DNA of 64,000 nt from NCBI GenBank assembly GCA_947589245.1, contig CANQBD010000005.1:7-64006 (forward strand). Direction: 5' to 3'. Both the position numbers and the translations under genes were made by a program. The notes under the pieces were generated by a model that was not told the origin of the DNA, searched no databases, and saw nothing but the letters and a program-made list of their open reading frames with translations. Positions 27,357 through 37,086 of this stretch are shown here, in pieces (position 1 is the stretch's first letter; every line of letters begins with the position of its first letter). Source of the DNA: an uncultured Anaeroplasmataceae bacterium (GTDB lineage Bacteria > Bacillota_I > Bacilli_A > Acholeplasmatales > Anaeroplasmataceae).

Positions 27357-28937
27357 TTATAATTCATTATTCTCTAAAAATTCCTCATATGTACCAATCT
27401 TATCAATGATGGTTCCATCTTTTCTAAAAGCAATAATTCGATTAGCAACAGTCTCTAATAGCTCAGCATCATGACTTGAAAATAAGATATTACCCTTATA
27501 ATTAGACATGCCTTCATTTAAAGAAGTAATTGATTCCAAATCTAAATGGTTAGTAGGGTCCTCTAGCATTAAAATATTAGGTCCTTCTAGCATTAGCTTA
27601 GCGAACATACAACGCACCTTTTCCCCACCTGATAAAACATTAGCCATTTTTAAGGATTCATCACCACTGAAAAGCATACGCCCTAACCACCCACGAATAA
27701 AGCTTTCTGTTTGATCTTCTTTTGAATATTGACGTAGCCAATCTATTAAAGAAATGGCTTTACTAAAATATTCTTTATTATCTTGAGGTAAAAAACCAAC
27801 AGATGTTGTAGTACCCCACTTAAATTTACCAATATAATCAGTATCCTTACCAGCTAAAATATTAAAAAGAGTCGTAATAATAACAGAGTTTTCAGCTAAG
27901 AAAGCAATCTTATCACCCTTATTTACGCTGAAAGTTAAATTTTCAAACACTCCAGGCTTAGAAAGCTTTTCGACAAATAAAATATCATTACCAACCTCGC
28001 GATTAGGTTTAAAGCCAATATAAGGATATCTTCTTGAAGATGGTTCAATATCCTCTATCTTAATCTTCTCAAGAAGCTTCTTACGGGAGGTTGCTTGACG
28101 TGATTTAGATTTATTTGCTGAAAATCTAGCAATAAATTCTTGAAGTTCTTTAATCTTTTGTTCACTTTTTTTATTTAAATCCTTAGTTTGTTTTAAAGCA
28201 AGTTGACTTGATTCATACCAAAATTCATAATTACCAACATATAATTTAATCTTGCCAAAATCAACATCACAAATATGCGTACAAACATTATTTAAAAAGT
28301 GACGATCATGAGAAACTATCAAAACTGTATTTTCAAAGTTAAGCAAAAAATTCTCTAACCAACGTGTCGATTTATAATCTAAATTATTAGTCGGTTCATC
28401 TAAAAGCAAAATATCTGGATTACCAAATAGTGCTTGAGCAAGTAAAACCTTAATTTTTAATTTAGCATCAAGCTCACCCATTAGCACATAATGATATTTG
28501 CTATCAACACCAATACCATTAAGTAAGGTTACCGCATTCGCTTCAGCATCCCAACCACCAAGCTCAGCAAACTCACCTTCTAGCTCGGCCGCTCTAATAC
28601 CATCTTCTTCACTAAAATCCTCTTTAGAATATAAAGCATCCTTTTCCTTTTGAATTTCTATCAAACGAGGATGACCTAATAGGACCGTGTTAACTACCAA
28701 TTCAGCATTATAAGCATTTTGATCTTGTTTTAAAACTGACATTCTTTCATTCTCATCAATTATTACTTCACCTGTTGTTGATTCAATTTCACCAGATAAT
28801 AATTTTAAAAATGTTGATTTACCAGCTCCATTAGCCCCAATAATACCATAACAATTTCCTTTAGTAAAAGTTAAATCGACATGCTCAAACAATTTCTTTG
28901 AACCATATTGTAATCCTAAATTAACTGTTCTTAACAT
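27357..28937 (-). CDS. ABC-F family ATPase (two ABC domains, no TM domain)
   Basis: 526 aa with Walker A GANGAGKST, signatures LMGELDAKLK and LSGGEKVR, Walker B motifs LLLDEPTNNLD and LMLEDPTNHLD, and an inter-domain linker rich in K/Q/E. Confidence 0.88.
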   Translation of the reverse strand: MLRTVNLGLQYGSKKLFEHVDLTFTKGNCYGIIGANGAGKSTFLKLLSGEIESTTGEVIIDENERMSVLKQDQNAYNAELVVNTVLLGHPRLIEIQKEKDALYSKEDFSEEDGIRAAELEGEFAELGGWDAEANAVTLLNGIGVDSKYHYVLMGELDAKLKIKVLLAQALFGNPDILLLDEPTNNLDYKSTRWLENFLLNFENTVLIVSHDRHFLNNVCTHICDVDFGKIKLYVGNYEFWYESSQLALKQTKDLNKKSEQKIKELQEFIARFSANKSKSRQATSRKKLLEKIKIEDIEPSSRRYPYIGFKPNREVGNDILFVEKLSKPGVFENLTFSVNKGDKIAFLAENSVIITTLFNILAGKDTDYIGKFKWGTTTSVGFLPQDNKEYFSKAISLIDWLRQYSKEDQTESFIRGWLGRMLFSGDESLKMANVLSGGEKVRCMFAKLMLEGPNILMLEDPTNHLDLESITSLNEGMSNYKGNILFSSHDAELLETVANRIIAFRKDGTIIDKIGTYEEFLENNEL

Positions 28938-28949
28938 AACTTACCTCCT

Positions 28950-28977
28950 AAATAAAGGGCTGTCAAAAGACAGTCCT
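28950..28977 (-). terminator. glnS terminator
   Basis: Minus strand reads ggactgtc-tttt-gacagccc followed by a T-rich tract. Confidence 0.7.
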
Positions 28978-28981
28978 TCTT

Positions 28982-30628
28982 CTATAATTTAAAAGATGAT
29001 TTTAAGCCACAAGTACAATTAAACACTAACTTATCCTTTGTGCTATCTTTATCAGTTGTAAAATAGCCATTACGCACAAATTGATAATGATCTAAAGGCT
29101 TAGTATTTTTTAATGATTCTTCAACATAACCACTAACAACAGTTAAAGAATTAGGATTTAATTTTTCCATAAAATCTAAATCCTTATTTTCTTCTGTTTC
29201 AGGTAATATTAAAGCTTCAAATATTCTAAAGTCAGCTGGAATAGCCGTTGTCCTTTCAACAAAATGAATATTGCCATTAGGCTTCCGGCCATCAAAGCCA
29301 CTACCTGACTTTGTTTCAGGATCGTAGGTTGTATGAACTGCTATAATATTACCCGCACTATCTTTTTCAACAGAGGTTGCAGTAATAAAGTAAGCATGCA
29401 TTAAACGAACCTCTACACCTAAAGCCAATCTCTTCCATTTCTTATTTGGCTTCTCCTCAATAAAATCAGCTTTTTCAATATATACATATTTACTAAAAGC
29501 AATCTTACGCGTCCCCATTTCTAAAACTTCCGCATTATTAGGACAATCTAAATATTCTATTTGTCCTTCAGGGTAATTATCAATAATAACTAATAAGGGA
29601 TTAATAACAGCATTAGGCCTTAAAGCTTTAAGCTTAAGATCATCTCTTAAAGCTTCTTCTAAAGCCTGATAATCAACTGTAGAATTAACACGTGATAAAC
29701 CTGTTGAAAGAACAAAATTTTTAATAGATTCTGCGGTAAAACCACGCCGCTTTAAACCGACTAGGGTTGGCATTCTCGGATCATCATAGCCCGTAACCTT
29801 TTTAGTGTCAACTAAAGTTCTTAAATATCTTTTGGACATAACCATACCTGTAATATTTAAACGCCCAAATTCATATTGATGAGGAATATGTTTTACCTCA
29901 GTATTTTCTATAACCCAATCGTATAAAACACGGTGATTATCAAATTCTAAGGAACAGCAAGAATGAGTTATTCCTTCAAAGCTATCCTGTAGAGGATGAG
30001 CAAAATCATACATTGGATAAATACACCATTTATTACCTTGACGATGATGTTCAAGGTGAATAATACGATAAATGATTGGATCACGCATATTGATATTACT
30101 ACTAGTCATATCAATTTTAGCTCTTAAAGTTTTTTCACCATCTTTAAATTCACCATTACGCATTCTTTCAAATAAATCCAAATTTTCCTCTACACTTCGA
30201 TTACGATAAGGAGAGTCCTTACCTGGTTGGGTAAGCGTACCACGATATTTAGAAATTTCTTCTTGAGTTAAATCATCCACATAGGCTAAACCTTTTTTTA
30301 TTAACAAAATAGCCTTTTGATAAGTCGCCTCAAAATAATCACTGCCAAAGAAAACATTATTAGGATGATAGCCTAACCATTCTAAATCAGCCTTAATAGC
30401 CTCAACATATTCATTATCTTCCTTTGTAGGATTAGTATCATCAAAACGTAAATTTGTTTTACCACCAAAAGCCTTCGCACTCTCAAAGTTAGTGATGATG
30501 GCTCGCGCATGACCAATATGTAAATAGGCATTAGGTTCAGGAGGGAATCTTGTAACAATTTCATCAACCTTCCCACTCTTTAAATCTTCAGCCATTATTG
30601 TCTTAATATAATTGCTAATCTCTTCCAC
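28982..30628 (-). CDS. glnS: Glutamine--tRNA ligase
   Basis: 548 aa with [16 protein letters not shown] (the HIGH motif), a VMSKR motif and a C-terminal anticodon-binding beta-barrel region. It resembles GlnRS rather than GluRS. Confidence 0.88.
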   Translation of the reverse strand: MEEISNYIKTIMAEDLKSGKVDEIVTRFPPEPNAYLHIGHARAIITNFESAKAFGGKTNLRFDDTNPTKEDNEYVEAIKADLEWLGYHPNNVFFGSDYFEATYQKAILLIKKGLAYVDDLTQEEISKYRGTLTQPGKDSPYRNRSVEENLDLFERMRNGEFKDGEKTLRAKIDMTSSNINMRDPIIYRIIHLEHHRQGNKWCIYPMYDFAHPLQDSFEGITHSCCSLEFDNHRVLYDWVIENTEVKHIPHQYEFGRLNITGMVMSKRYLRTLVDTKKVTGYDDPRMPTLVGLKRRGFTAESIKNFVLSTGLSRVNSTVDYQALEEALRDDLKLKALRPNAVINPLLVIIDNYPEGQIEYLDCPNNAEVLEMGTRKIAFSKYVYIEKADFIEEKPNKKWKRLALGVEVRLMHAYFITATSVEKDSAGNIIAVHTTYDPETKSGSGFDGRKPNGNIHFVERTTAIPADFRIFEALILPETEENKDLDFMEKLNPNSLTVVSGYVEESLKNTKPLDHYQFVRNGYFTTDKDSTKDKLVFNCTCGLKSSFKL

Positions 30629-30735
30629 TTTAACACTCCTTTAGGATATATCTATTATACAATAAACAAATCTAAAAAAATAGATTAAAAACATAAAATA
30701 TTTATTATAAAATTCCAACTAAATTAAAAGCTTTT

Positions 30736-31212
30736 TTAATCCTTTAAATCTAAAAAGGAAGCATTAATTAATTGAACCAAATCATTAGGATGCATTTTTA
30801 TTTGATAACCAATTTTACCAGCTGAAAAAATCATAAATTCTAAGGCTTTAGCTGTTTCATCAATGAAAGTTGGAAATTGTTTTTTCATTCCTATTGGTGA
30901 ACAGCCTCCTCTGACATAGCCAGTTATATCAGTTAAATTTTTAACATGAATTAAATCTAAAGCTTTTTCCCCAATTGCTTTCGCACATTTCTTTAAATTG
31001 ATTTCAGCCATGACAGGTATAACAAATACATAATACTTTTTAGAACTCGCCACAGTCACAATAGTTTTAAATAGATAATCCGGATTAATTCCCAACAACT
31101 TGGCAACCTCCTCACCGGCTAGAAAAACACCCTCCTCATGAGGATATTCTAAAACTTCATATAAAATTTTCTTTTGATCTAAAATTCGCATTGCCTTAGT
31201 CTTTAACATCAT
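30736..31212 (-). CDS. ybaK: Cys-tRNA(Pro)/Cys-tRNA(Cys) deacylase YbaK
   Basis: 158 aa with TKAMRILDQKKILYEV, KTIV and GGCSPIGMKK. Confidence 0.85.
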   Translation of the reverse strand: MMLKTKAMRILDQKKILYEVLEYPHEEGVFLAGEEVAKLLGINPDYLFKTIVTVASSKKYYVFVIPVMAEINLKKCAKAIGEKALDLIHVKNLTDITGYVRGGCSPIGMKKQFPTFIDETAKALEFMIFSAGKIGYQIKMHPNDLVQLINASFLDLKD

Positions 31213-32311
31213 ACACCTTTAATAAATTAAAATATTGATCAATCTGTTTAAAACCTTTTTTTAAATAAATATAATAAGCCTTACTATCTCTAAAAGTATC
31301 TAGATAAATATCACATAAATTAGCTTGCTTAACATAATCAACAAGTGCGTTTAATAATGCACTCCCATAACCTTTAGCTTGATATTCATCTAAAACACAA
31401 AAATTGGTCACATAAAAAAGATTGTGATATTTCAAAAAAACTAAATTACCAACGATCTTTTGGCCATCTTTAACAATAAAAATTAGCAGTTTATTTTTTT
31501 GATAATTATCTAACAAAAAAGCATAGTTTTTAGAAGCATAATCCTCACCATAAACGCCATCAATAGAAAGGACAAATTCATAATAGGCTTTTTTATCATC
31601 TAAGGCCAAAACATTGTAACAAGAACTACTAAATTTAAATAAATTAGTATTTAAATGTAATACCGCTATATTATTTTTTTCAAAACCATTAAAAATAAAC
31701 TTATCAAACCAGTTAGCTTTAACACTAATGAATTTACTATCATTAAATTTTAAACTATCAACTCTATTATCATACAAATCATAGTAGTTTAGCAAATACT
31801 TTTCCTTAAAACTAGAACTATATTTATCACCTTTTTTTTGGCCAAAAACAATCCCTAAAAGATTTACCAAATCCACTTTAGGCTCATAAAGCTTTTGCAT
31901 AACCAATGCATTTTCTAAATTACTATAATAATTTTCTCGTTCATGAACTATTTTAAAGCCTAGCTTATGATATAAACGAATAGCCCTTGTATTAGATTTT
32001 CTAACCTCTAAACTAACACTATTAACCCCAGCCACTATAAACTCTTCTAAAAACAAACTTAAAATTATTGTCCCAATGCCTTTATTTTGATTAGCTTTTC
32101 TAACAGCAAAATTTAAAATCTCCAAAGTAAAACCATCATAGACAGAGGAAATGAATCCAACAATTTCTTTATTTATTTCATAGACATAATGTCTAGCTAA
32201 GCTATTATTTAAATCATTAAAATAGTAATCAAAACCTAAAGATGAGGACAAGCATTCTTCTTCAATAGAAACGATACTCTTGATATCTTCCTCTTTATAT
32301 CTTCTAAACAT
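31196..32311 (-). CDS. rimI: RimI-like N-acetyltransferase with a second C-terminal GNAT-like domain
   Basis: 371 aa. Residues 1-145 are GNAT (VRKANQNKGIGTIIL, LEVRKSNTRAIRLYHKLGF). Residues about 250-371 form a second GNAT (DEYQAKGYGSALL, YLKKGF). It lies in the tsaE-tsaB-rimI gene order. Confidence 0.7.
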   Translation of the reverse strand: MFRRYKEEDIKSIVSIEEECLSSSLGFDYYFNDLNNSLARHYVYEINKEIVGFISSVYDGFTLEILNFAVRKANQNKGIGTIILSLFLEEFIVAGVNSVSLEVRKSNTRAIRLYHKLGFKIVHERENYYSNLENALVMQKLYEPKVDLVNLLGIVFGQKKGDKYSSSFKEKYLLNYYDLYDNRVDSLKFNDSKFISVKANWFDKFIFNGFEKNNIAVLHLNTNLFKFSSSCYNVLALDDKKAYYEFVLSIDGVYGEDYASKNYAFLLDNYQKNKLLIFIVKDGQKIVGNLVFLKYHNLFYVTNFCVLDEYQAKGYGSALLNALVDYVKQANLCDIYLDTFRDSKAYYIYLKKGFKQIDQYFNLLKVYDVKD

Positions 32312-32885
32312 TTAAGTTCCTTTCTGCCTCAGTAGCTCGTAAATAATTAGGAACTAACGTTCTAGGCTCAGCAACTAATCTAGCCAACTCTATAACCTTA
32401 AACGCATCAACCTTAAACGCATCTTCTGTGACTAAACTATCATAATCATTAGCTAATAATATTTCTTTCGCAACTAAAGCTTCACTAACGACATATTCGG
32501 CTTTTTTCCAATCATAAAGACAACCAAAGCAATTACCTCTTCTAGCATCGATCATCGCCACCGTTTTACCTTCACAAGCACTACTCATTAATAGAAGCGT
32601 TGAAATACTATAAAGTTTAATGTGAGGTTTTAAGGTTGTAATCATTTTACCAACTGTAACTCCCATTCTTACTCCTGTATAAGAACCAGGCCCAACTCCA
32701 ACAATAACCTTATTTAAATCAGCTATTTCAATTTGAGCTTTGATTAAGGCCTTCTTTATTTCAACTAAAATAGCTGAAGCATGGTCATGCTTAGAAGCAA
32801 TATATGATTCATAGATTAAATCATTATCAACAACTAAACTAACATATAAAAGATTCGTTGCTGAATCAACTATTAATGTTTTCAT
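32304..32885 (-). CDS. tsaB: tRNA t6A biosynthesis protein TsaB
   Basis: 193 aa with MKTLIVDSATN and VGVGPGSYTGVRMGVT. Confidence 0.88.
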   Translation of the reverse strand: MKTLIVDSATNLLYVSLVVDNDLIYESYIASKHDHASAILVEIKKALIKAQIEIADLNKVIVGVGPGSYTGVRMGVTVGKMITTLKPHIKLYSISTLLLMSSACEGKTVAMIDARRGNCFGCLYDWKKAEYVVSEALVAKEILLANDYDSLVTEDAFKVDAFKVIELARLVAEPRTLVPNYLRATEAERNLNV

Positions 32886-33331
32886 TTTAATACCTCCAAC
32901 AACTCTTCATAATGCTTACCATAGGCTGATATTTCTACTTCTCTTTCTTCTAAACTTAATCTGATAATGTTTACCTTTAAATATTCATCAGGCAAAAGGT
33001 CAGTAACCTGATAAGGCCACTCAATAACACAGACCCCATCACCACCGATAAATTCTTCTAAATCAAAATCATTATTTAAACCATCTAAACGATATAAATC
33101 TAAATGATATAAAGGGATTCTTCCTCGATATTCTTTAACAATTGTAAAGGTTGGAGAATTAATAATACTCTTTACTCCTAAAGCTTTACCAATCCCTTTT
33201 GTCAAAGTTGTCTTACCAGCTGACAAATCACCAGTCAATAAAACAACATCACTTATATTTAATAAAGATCCTATCTTTTCTCCAAGATTAATCGTTTCTA
33301 ACGCATTATTTGTTTTAAAAATCTTTTTCAT
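32882..33331 (-). CDS. tsaE: tRNA t6A biosynthesis ATPase TsaE
   Basis: 149 aa with LTGDLSAGKTTLTKG, SPTFTIV, HLDLYRL and IEW. Confidence 0.9.
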   Translation of the reverse strand: MKKIFKTNNALETINLGEKIGSLLNISDVVLLTGDLSAGKTTLTKGIGKALGVKSIINSPTFTIVKEYRGRIPLYHLDLYRLDGLNNDFDLEEFIGGDGVCVIEWPYQVTDLLPDEYLKVNIIRLSLEEREVEISAYGKHYEELLEVLK

Positions 33332-33375
33332 TTTACCACCATAATAAGTATATCACTTTCAATGGCAAAAGACAA

Positions 33376-33414
33376 AATAAAAAACAATTGCTAAACCAAT
33401 TAACAATTGTTTTT
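33376..33414 (-). terminator. Terminator after the G3E GTPase pair
   Basis: aaaacaattg and caattgtttt form a 10-bp stem with a T-run on the minus strand. Confidence 0.65.
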
Positions 33415-33421
33415 CGGATAC

Positions 33422-34345
33422 TTAAAAGCTTAAAACAACATCTTCTTCTTTTGGAAGCTTAGAAATCTTTTTAGCATGAAGCATTACCACTTCTTCCTTA
33501 GCAAAGACTGAATATTCATGAGTAACTTCACACTCAATATAAATACAATCACCAATTCCTACTGAAACATCAGTTTCATTAATAACTTCATAACCTAAAA
33601 ATTGAATATCATTTTCGCAGCAAGTCATAACATTACGCCCAACCACTATTGATTCATCTAAAATATCTCTAACAAATGTTTTAAACTTGATAGTCTTACC
33701 TTCATATTTAGAATAATTATCAAAAACATCAATATACCAAGTTGGATAGTCATTATCCTCTAATATAATAACCTTCTTAGTAATATCGTAAGGTAAATCT
33801 TCATCAAGCATAGTCGTTAAAACACCATTACTACCTTCAAAACCAATTTGACACTCTTTATTTAAAGCTCTTACCTGTCTACGATAGCTAGCAAGCTCCT
33901 TTACTCCATCACACCTATTAAACACAATTAAAGAAGCATATTTAACAACATCATTAAATACTTGTTTCATATTATTAAAATAGACAGCAAATTTAGTAGC
34001 ATCTATAAGCGTTACCTGCTGATATAACGGCATATATTCAGGAAATTCTAAATCATCTAAATTATAAAAACTATTAAATTCCATAACAATTTGGATTGGT
34101 TCATATTTCTTATCTAAAGCAATTAAAAATTCTTTAGTTAATTCACTTTGATTATCAACATAAGCAATATTAACATCATACTTTTTTAACCAATCATCTT
34201 CATACTCCACTTCGCCCTGTTCACAGACAACAATTAAAGTATTTCCACCTTGATATGACTCATTATTTTCAATTATTTCTTTGATAAGAGTAGTTTTACC
34301 ACTTTCAATCAAACCATTAACAATAAATAAAGGTACTTCAACCAT
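33422..34345 (-). CDS. G3E/COG0523-like P-loop protein, paralog lacking the CxCC motif
   Basis: 307 aa with Walker A GLIESGKTTL and VVCEQGEVEYED (equivalent to ENEFGEV in the neighbouring gene). No GCICC is present. The C-terminal domain contains MTCCENDIQFLG. Confidence 0.6.
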   Translation of the reverse strand: MVEVPLFIVNGLIESGKTTLIKEIIENNESYQGGNTLIVVCEQGEVEYEDDWLKKYDVNIAYVDNQSELTKEFLIALDKKYEPIQIVMEFNSFYNLDDLEFPEYMPLYQQVTLIDATKFAVYFNNMKQVFNDVVKYASLIVFNRCDGVKELASYRRQVRALNKECQIGFEGSNGVLTTMLDEDLPYDITKKVIILEDNDYPTWYIDVFDNYSKYEGKTIKFKTFVRDILDESIVVGRNVMTCCENDIQFLGYEVINETDVSVGIGDCIYIECEVTHEYSVFAKEEVVMLHAKKISKLPKEEDVVLSF

Positions 34346-34357
34346 AAGCTATTACTC

Positions 34358-35464
34358 CTAGAATAAATCTTTAATAAGCTTTTCATCAAATTTAGAACCA
34401 ATAACACAAATCTTGCCAACAGGACAAGCATTACCTTCTTTTACTTCAACTTCTTCTGGGGTTAAATTAAATTGATACCATTTATTATCTTCACCGCAAA
34501 TAACACCCTTAGCCCGAACAATTAAACCAAACTCACCTAAAGACATTTTATTTAAAATATCCTTTAAATTAGCAATGTTGTATTTTTTAACTGTTTCAAT
34601 ACCGATAGAATCGAACACTTCATCAGCATGATGATGATGTTCATGATGTTCTTCACAACAGCATTCTTCATCGTGGTCGTGATGATGTTCATGGTGCCCT
34701 TCACAACAGCATTCTTCATCATGGTCGTGATGATGTTCATGGTGCCCTTCACAACAGCATTCTTCATCGTGGTCGTGATGATGTTCATGGTGCCCTTCAC
34801 AACAGCATTCTTCATCATGGTCGTGATGATGTTCATGGTGTTCTAAGTCCTCTAATAAGTCTTTAATGAAATCATCATTAATTCCTTCATAAGCTTTAAA
34901 TAATTCTGCATCACTTAAATCATTTATCGGCGTCGTAACTAAAACACAATTCGGATTGTGATCACGAACTATTTGTAAAGCTTCAGCCACTTTAGCTTCC
35001 TTAGCAATATCAGTTCTTGATAAAACAATTGTATGAGCAGTTTCTAGTTGGTCTAAAAAAAATTCACCAAAGTTTTTAGCATACATTTTAGCCTTATTAG
35101 CATCTACTAAACAAACCAATGAATTTAAGGACTTTTCTAAATTTGCTTCTTTTACAGCATTAATAATATCAGATAATTTACCTACTCCAGATGGTTCAAT
35201 CAAAATACGATCAGGATTAAATTTGGCAACTACATCATTTAAAGATTTGGAAAAATCACCAAACAAACTACAACAAATACAGCCTTGAGATAATTCCTTA
35301 ATATTGATGCCTGTATCTGTTAAAAAATCAGTGTCAACAGAAACCTCACCAAATTCATTTTCAATTAAGACAACCTTTTCGTTTTTTAAATTCGTGTTTA
35401 ACAAACGCTTAATAAAAGTAGTTTTTCCTGCTCCTAAAAAGCCTGAAATAATATCTATTTTCAT
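34358..35464 (-). CDS. COG0523 family G3E GTPase metallochaperone (CobW/YjiA/ZigA-like) with a His/Cys-rich repeat insert
   Basis: 368 aa with Walker A GFLGAGKTTF, ENEFGEV, the CxCC motif GCICCS, SRTD, four copies of HHEHHHDHDEECCCEG and a CobW_C-like C-terminus. Confidence 0.85.
   Translation of the reverse strand: MKIDIISGFLGAGKTTFIKRLLNTNLKNEKVVLIENEFGEVSVDTDFLTDTGINIKELSQGCICCSLFGDFSKSLNDVVAKFNPDRILIEPSGVGKLSDIINAVKEANLEKSLNSLVCLVDANKAKMYAKNFGEFFLDQLETAHTIVLSRTDIAKEAKVAEALQIVRDHNPNCVLVTTPINDLSDAELFKAYEGINDDFIKDLLEDLEHHEHHHDHDEECCCEGHHEHHHDHDEECCCEGHHEHHHDHDEECCCEGHHEHHHDHDEECCCEEHHEHHHHADEVFDSIGIETVKKYNIANLKDILNKMSLGEFGLIVRAKGVICGEDNKWYQFNLTPEEVEVKEGNACPVGKICVIGSKFDEKLIKDLF
34651..34842. 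repeat. Four tandem 48-bp in-frame repeats inside the COG0523 gene
   Basis: The unit is cttcacaacagcattcttcatcRtggtcgtgatgatgttcatggtgcc. Units 1 and 3 have G and units 2 and 4 have A at the variable base, giving an ABAB pattern. The spurious ORFs at 34564-34836 and 34628-34846 are artefacts of this repeat. Confidence 0.95.
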
Positions 35465-35493
35465 TTATAAATAACCTCTCTTCTTTCTTTAAT

Positions 35494-35522
35494 ATTATAA
35501 TCCCTTATCTTCAATTAATCAA
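35494..35522 (-). promoter_or_regulatory. Candidate promoter for the G3E GTPase pair
   Basis: Minus strand has TTGATT, a 17-bp spacer, then TATAAT, in the 61-bp gap after the GH43 gene. Confidence 0.5.
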
Positions 35523-35525
35523 ATA

Positions 35526-37085
35526 TTACTTAAATATTTGATACCAAACATCACTAAAACTTGCAACATTTTGATGATTTGCTAAATCACAAACAAACAT
35601 TCCTAAATGAGCTCCTGTAAATGCTCCTGGAACATCCTCATCACTTAAAAATGAGTTATCCATTTTTTCACCAAATGACTTGTATGTTATACCATCATTT
35701 GAATAATAAAATTGTACATAGGTATCATCTATCTCGCATTTTAAAAATACTTCTTCACCTATTTGAACCCTTAATTCAGCAAAATAATCTGTTTTAAAGG
35801 CATTCATTTTCATTAAACGTAAAGTACGAACGTGATCCTCATAATCTAAGGTTGAATATAACGCATAAAAATAACCTTCTTGATACCGATAAGTTAATCC
35901 TGCCAGCTCTTGAAAACTTTGAGGATTAAAATTCATTTTAAAACCAAAGGCACAATTTTTAGCACTTTGTCTACGCAAGATAATATTTTGATTATGCCAA
36001 GATAATAAAGATTCTAGACCAACCATCATTAATTTATTATCGACAATCTTTTGATAAGAATCCATTGGCTTACGCAAAGTTTTAAAATCTAATTTAAAGC
36101 TTAATGAATTAAAATCATATTTAATTAATTTATTAACTTCCTTTAATTTAACCTCGTGTTTAAGCTCATAGTATTCCTTGCAGATCATTGAATAATCACT
36201 TAAATATGGCCAATCATTATCCCAAATAATATTTTGTAAAGCTGTCTCACGACCAAGATTACACTTACCTAAATGATTAGGTCTACCACACAAATGAGCT
36301 AAAAACCAACCATTTTCACCACCGTCAACAATGGAAGCATGACCTGTTTTTTGTAAAGCTGCTCCAGAAGTTGTTTTTATAATATGCGTATTTGGGTGAA
36401 TCTCATAAGGACCCCAAATGTTTTTCGATCTTGCAACAACTTCAGCATGGCGATAGCTAGTTCCACCTTCAGCACAAAACAAATAATAATATTGGCCTTT
36501 TTTATAGATATGCGGTCCTTCAACAAAACCATAATCTGAGCCTAAAAAAATCTTTTTAGCAGGTGATAGCTTTTTAAAAGTTTCTCGATCAATTTCCTGT
36601 AATAAAATCCCTGTAAAAGCCGGCTTAGATCCACCTTTTGTATAATTCCACTCCATATTTATAAAATAGCTTTTACCATCATCATCATGAAATAATGAAG
36701 CATCAAAACCAGTCGAATTAAAATAAATAGGCTTACTCCAATTACCATAGATACTTTTTGATTTAATAATAAAATTTTGACTATCTTTAAAAGGACCACC
36801 ATTTACATGCTTCATATTAGAATAAACAATATAAAAGGTATCGTCAACAAAGGTTAAATCCGGAGCCCATACACCACTAGATGGACTATTGCCATTCATA
36901 TCTAAAAGCTCTACATTATTTAAAGGACACGTAATTAAATTCCAATTTGCTAAATCTTTAGATTCATAAATATTAATTCCCGGAAAATACTCAAAAGTTG
37001 AAGTGGCAATATAATAAGTATCATTAGCCTTACAAATACAAGGATCAGGATTAAAGCCTGTTAAAATTGGATTCTTTATTTTCAT
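35526..37085 (-). CDS. Glycoside hydrolase family 43 (beta-xylosidase / alpha-L-arabinofuranosidase type)
   Basis: 519 aa with N-terminal NPILTGFNPDPCICKANDTYYIATSTFEYFPG, GVWAPDL and FVEGPHIYK, plus a C-terminal beta-sandwich domain. Confidence 0.85.
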   Translation of the reverse strand: MKIKNPILTGFNPDPCICKANDTYYIATSTFEYFPGINIYESKDLANWNLITCPLNNVELLDMNGNSPSSGVWAPDLTFVDDTFYIVYSNMKHVNGGPFKDSQNFIIKSKSIYGNWSKPIYFNSTGFDASLFHDDDGKSYFINMEWNYTKGGSKPAFTGILLQEIDRETFKKLSPAKKIFLGSDYGFVEGPHIYKKGQYYYLFCAEGGTSYRHAEVVARSKNIWGPYEIHPNTHIIKTTSGAALQKTGHASIVDGGENGWFLAHLCGRPNHLGKCNLGRETALQNIIWDNDWPYLSDYSMICKEYYELKHEVKLKEVNKLIKYDFNSLSFKLDFKTLRKPMDSYQKIVDNKLMMVGLESLLSWHNQNIILRRQSAKNCAFGFKMNFNPQSFQELAGLTYRYQEGYFYALYSTLDYEDHVRTLRLMKMNAFKTDYFAELRVQIGEEVFLKCEIDDTYVQFYYSNDGITYKSFGEKMDNSFLSDEDVPGAFTGAHLGMFVCDLANHQNVASFSDVWYQIFK

Positions 37086-37086
37086 T

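Noticed and set aside
30629-30735. A possible T-box leader upstream of glnS.
   Set aside because: The gap is only 107 bp, too short for a T-box (typically about 200-300 nt). No T-box sequence or terminator/antiterminator pair is visible.
34564-34846. Two ORFs (90 aa on the minus strand, 72 aa on the plus strand) with striking repeated peptide sequences.
   Set aside because: They are alternative-frame and antisense readings of the 48-bp tandem repeats inside the COG0523 gene. They have no RBS and lie entirely within a well-supported CDS.
35465-35525. An expected Zur box upstream of the COG0523 metallochaperone.
   Set aside because: No palindrome resembling AAATCGTAATNATTACGATTT is present; only a plain promoter-like TTGATT, 17-bp spacer, TATAAT.
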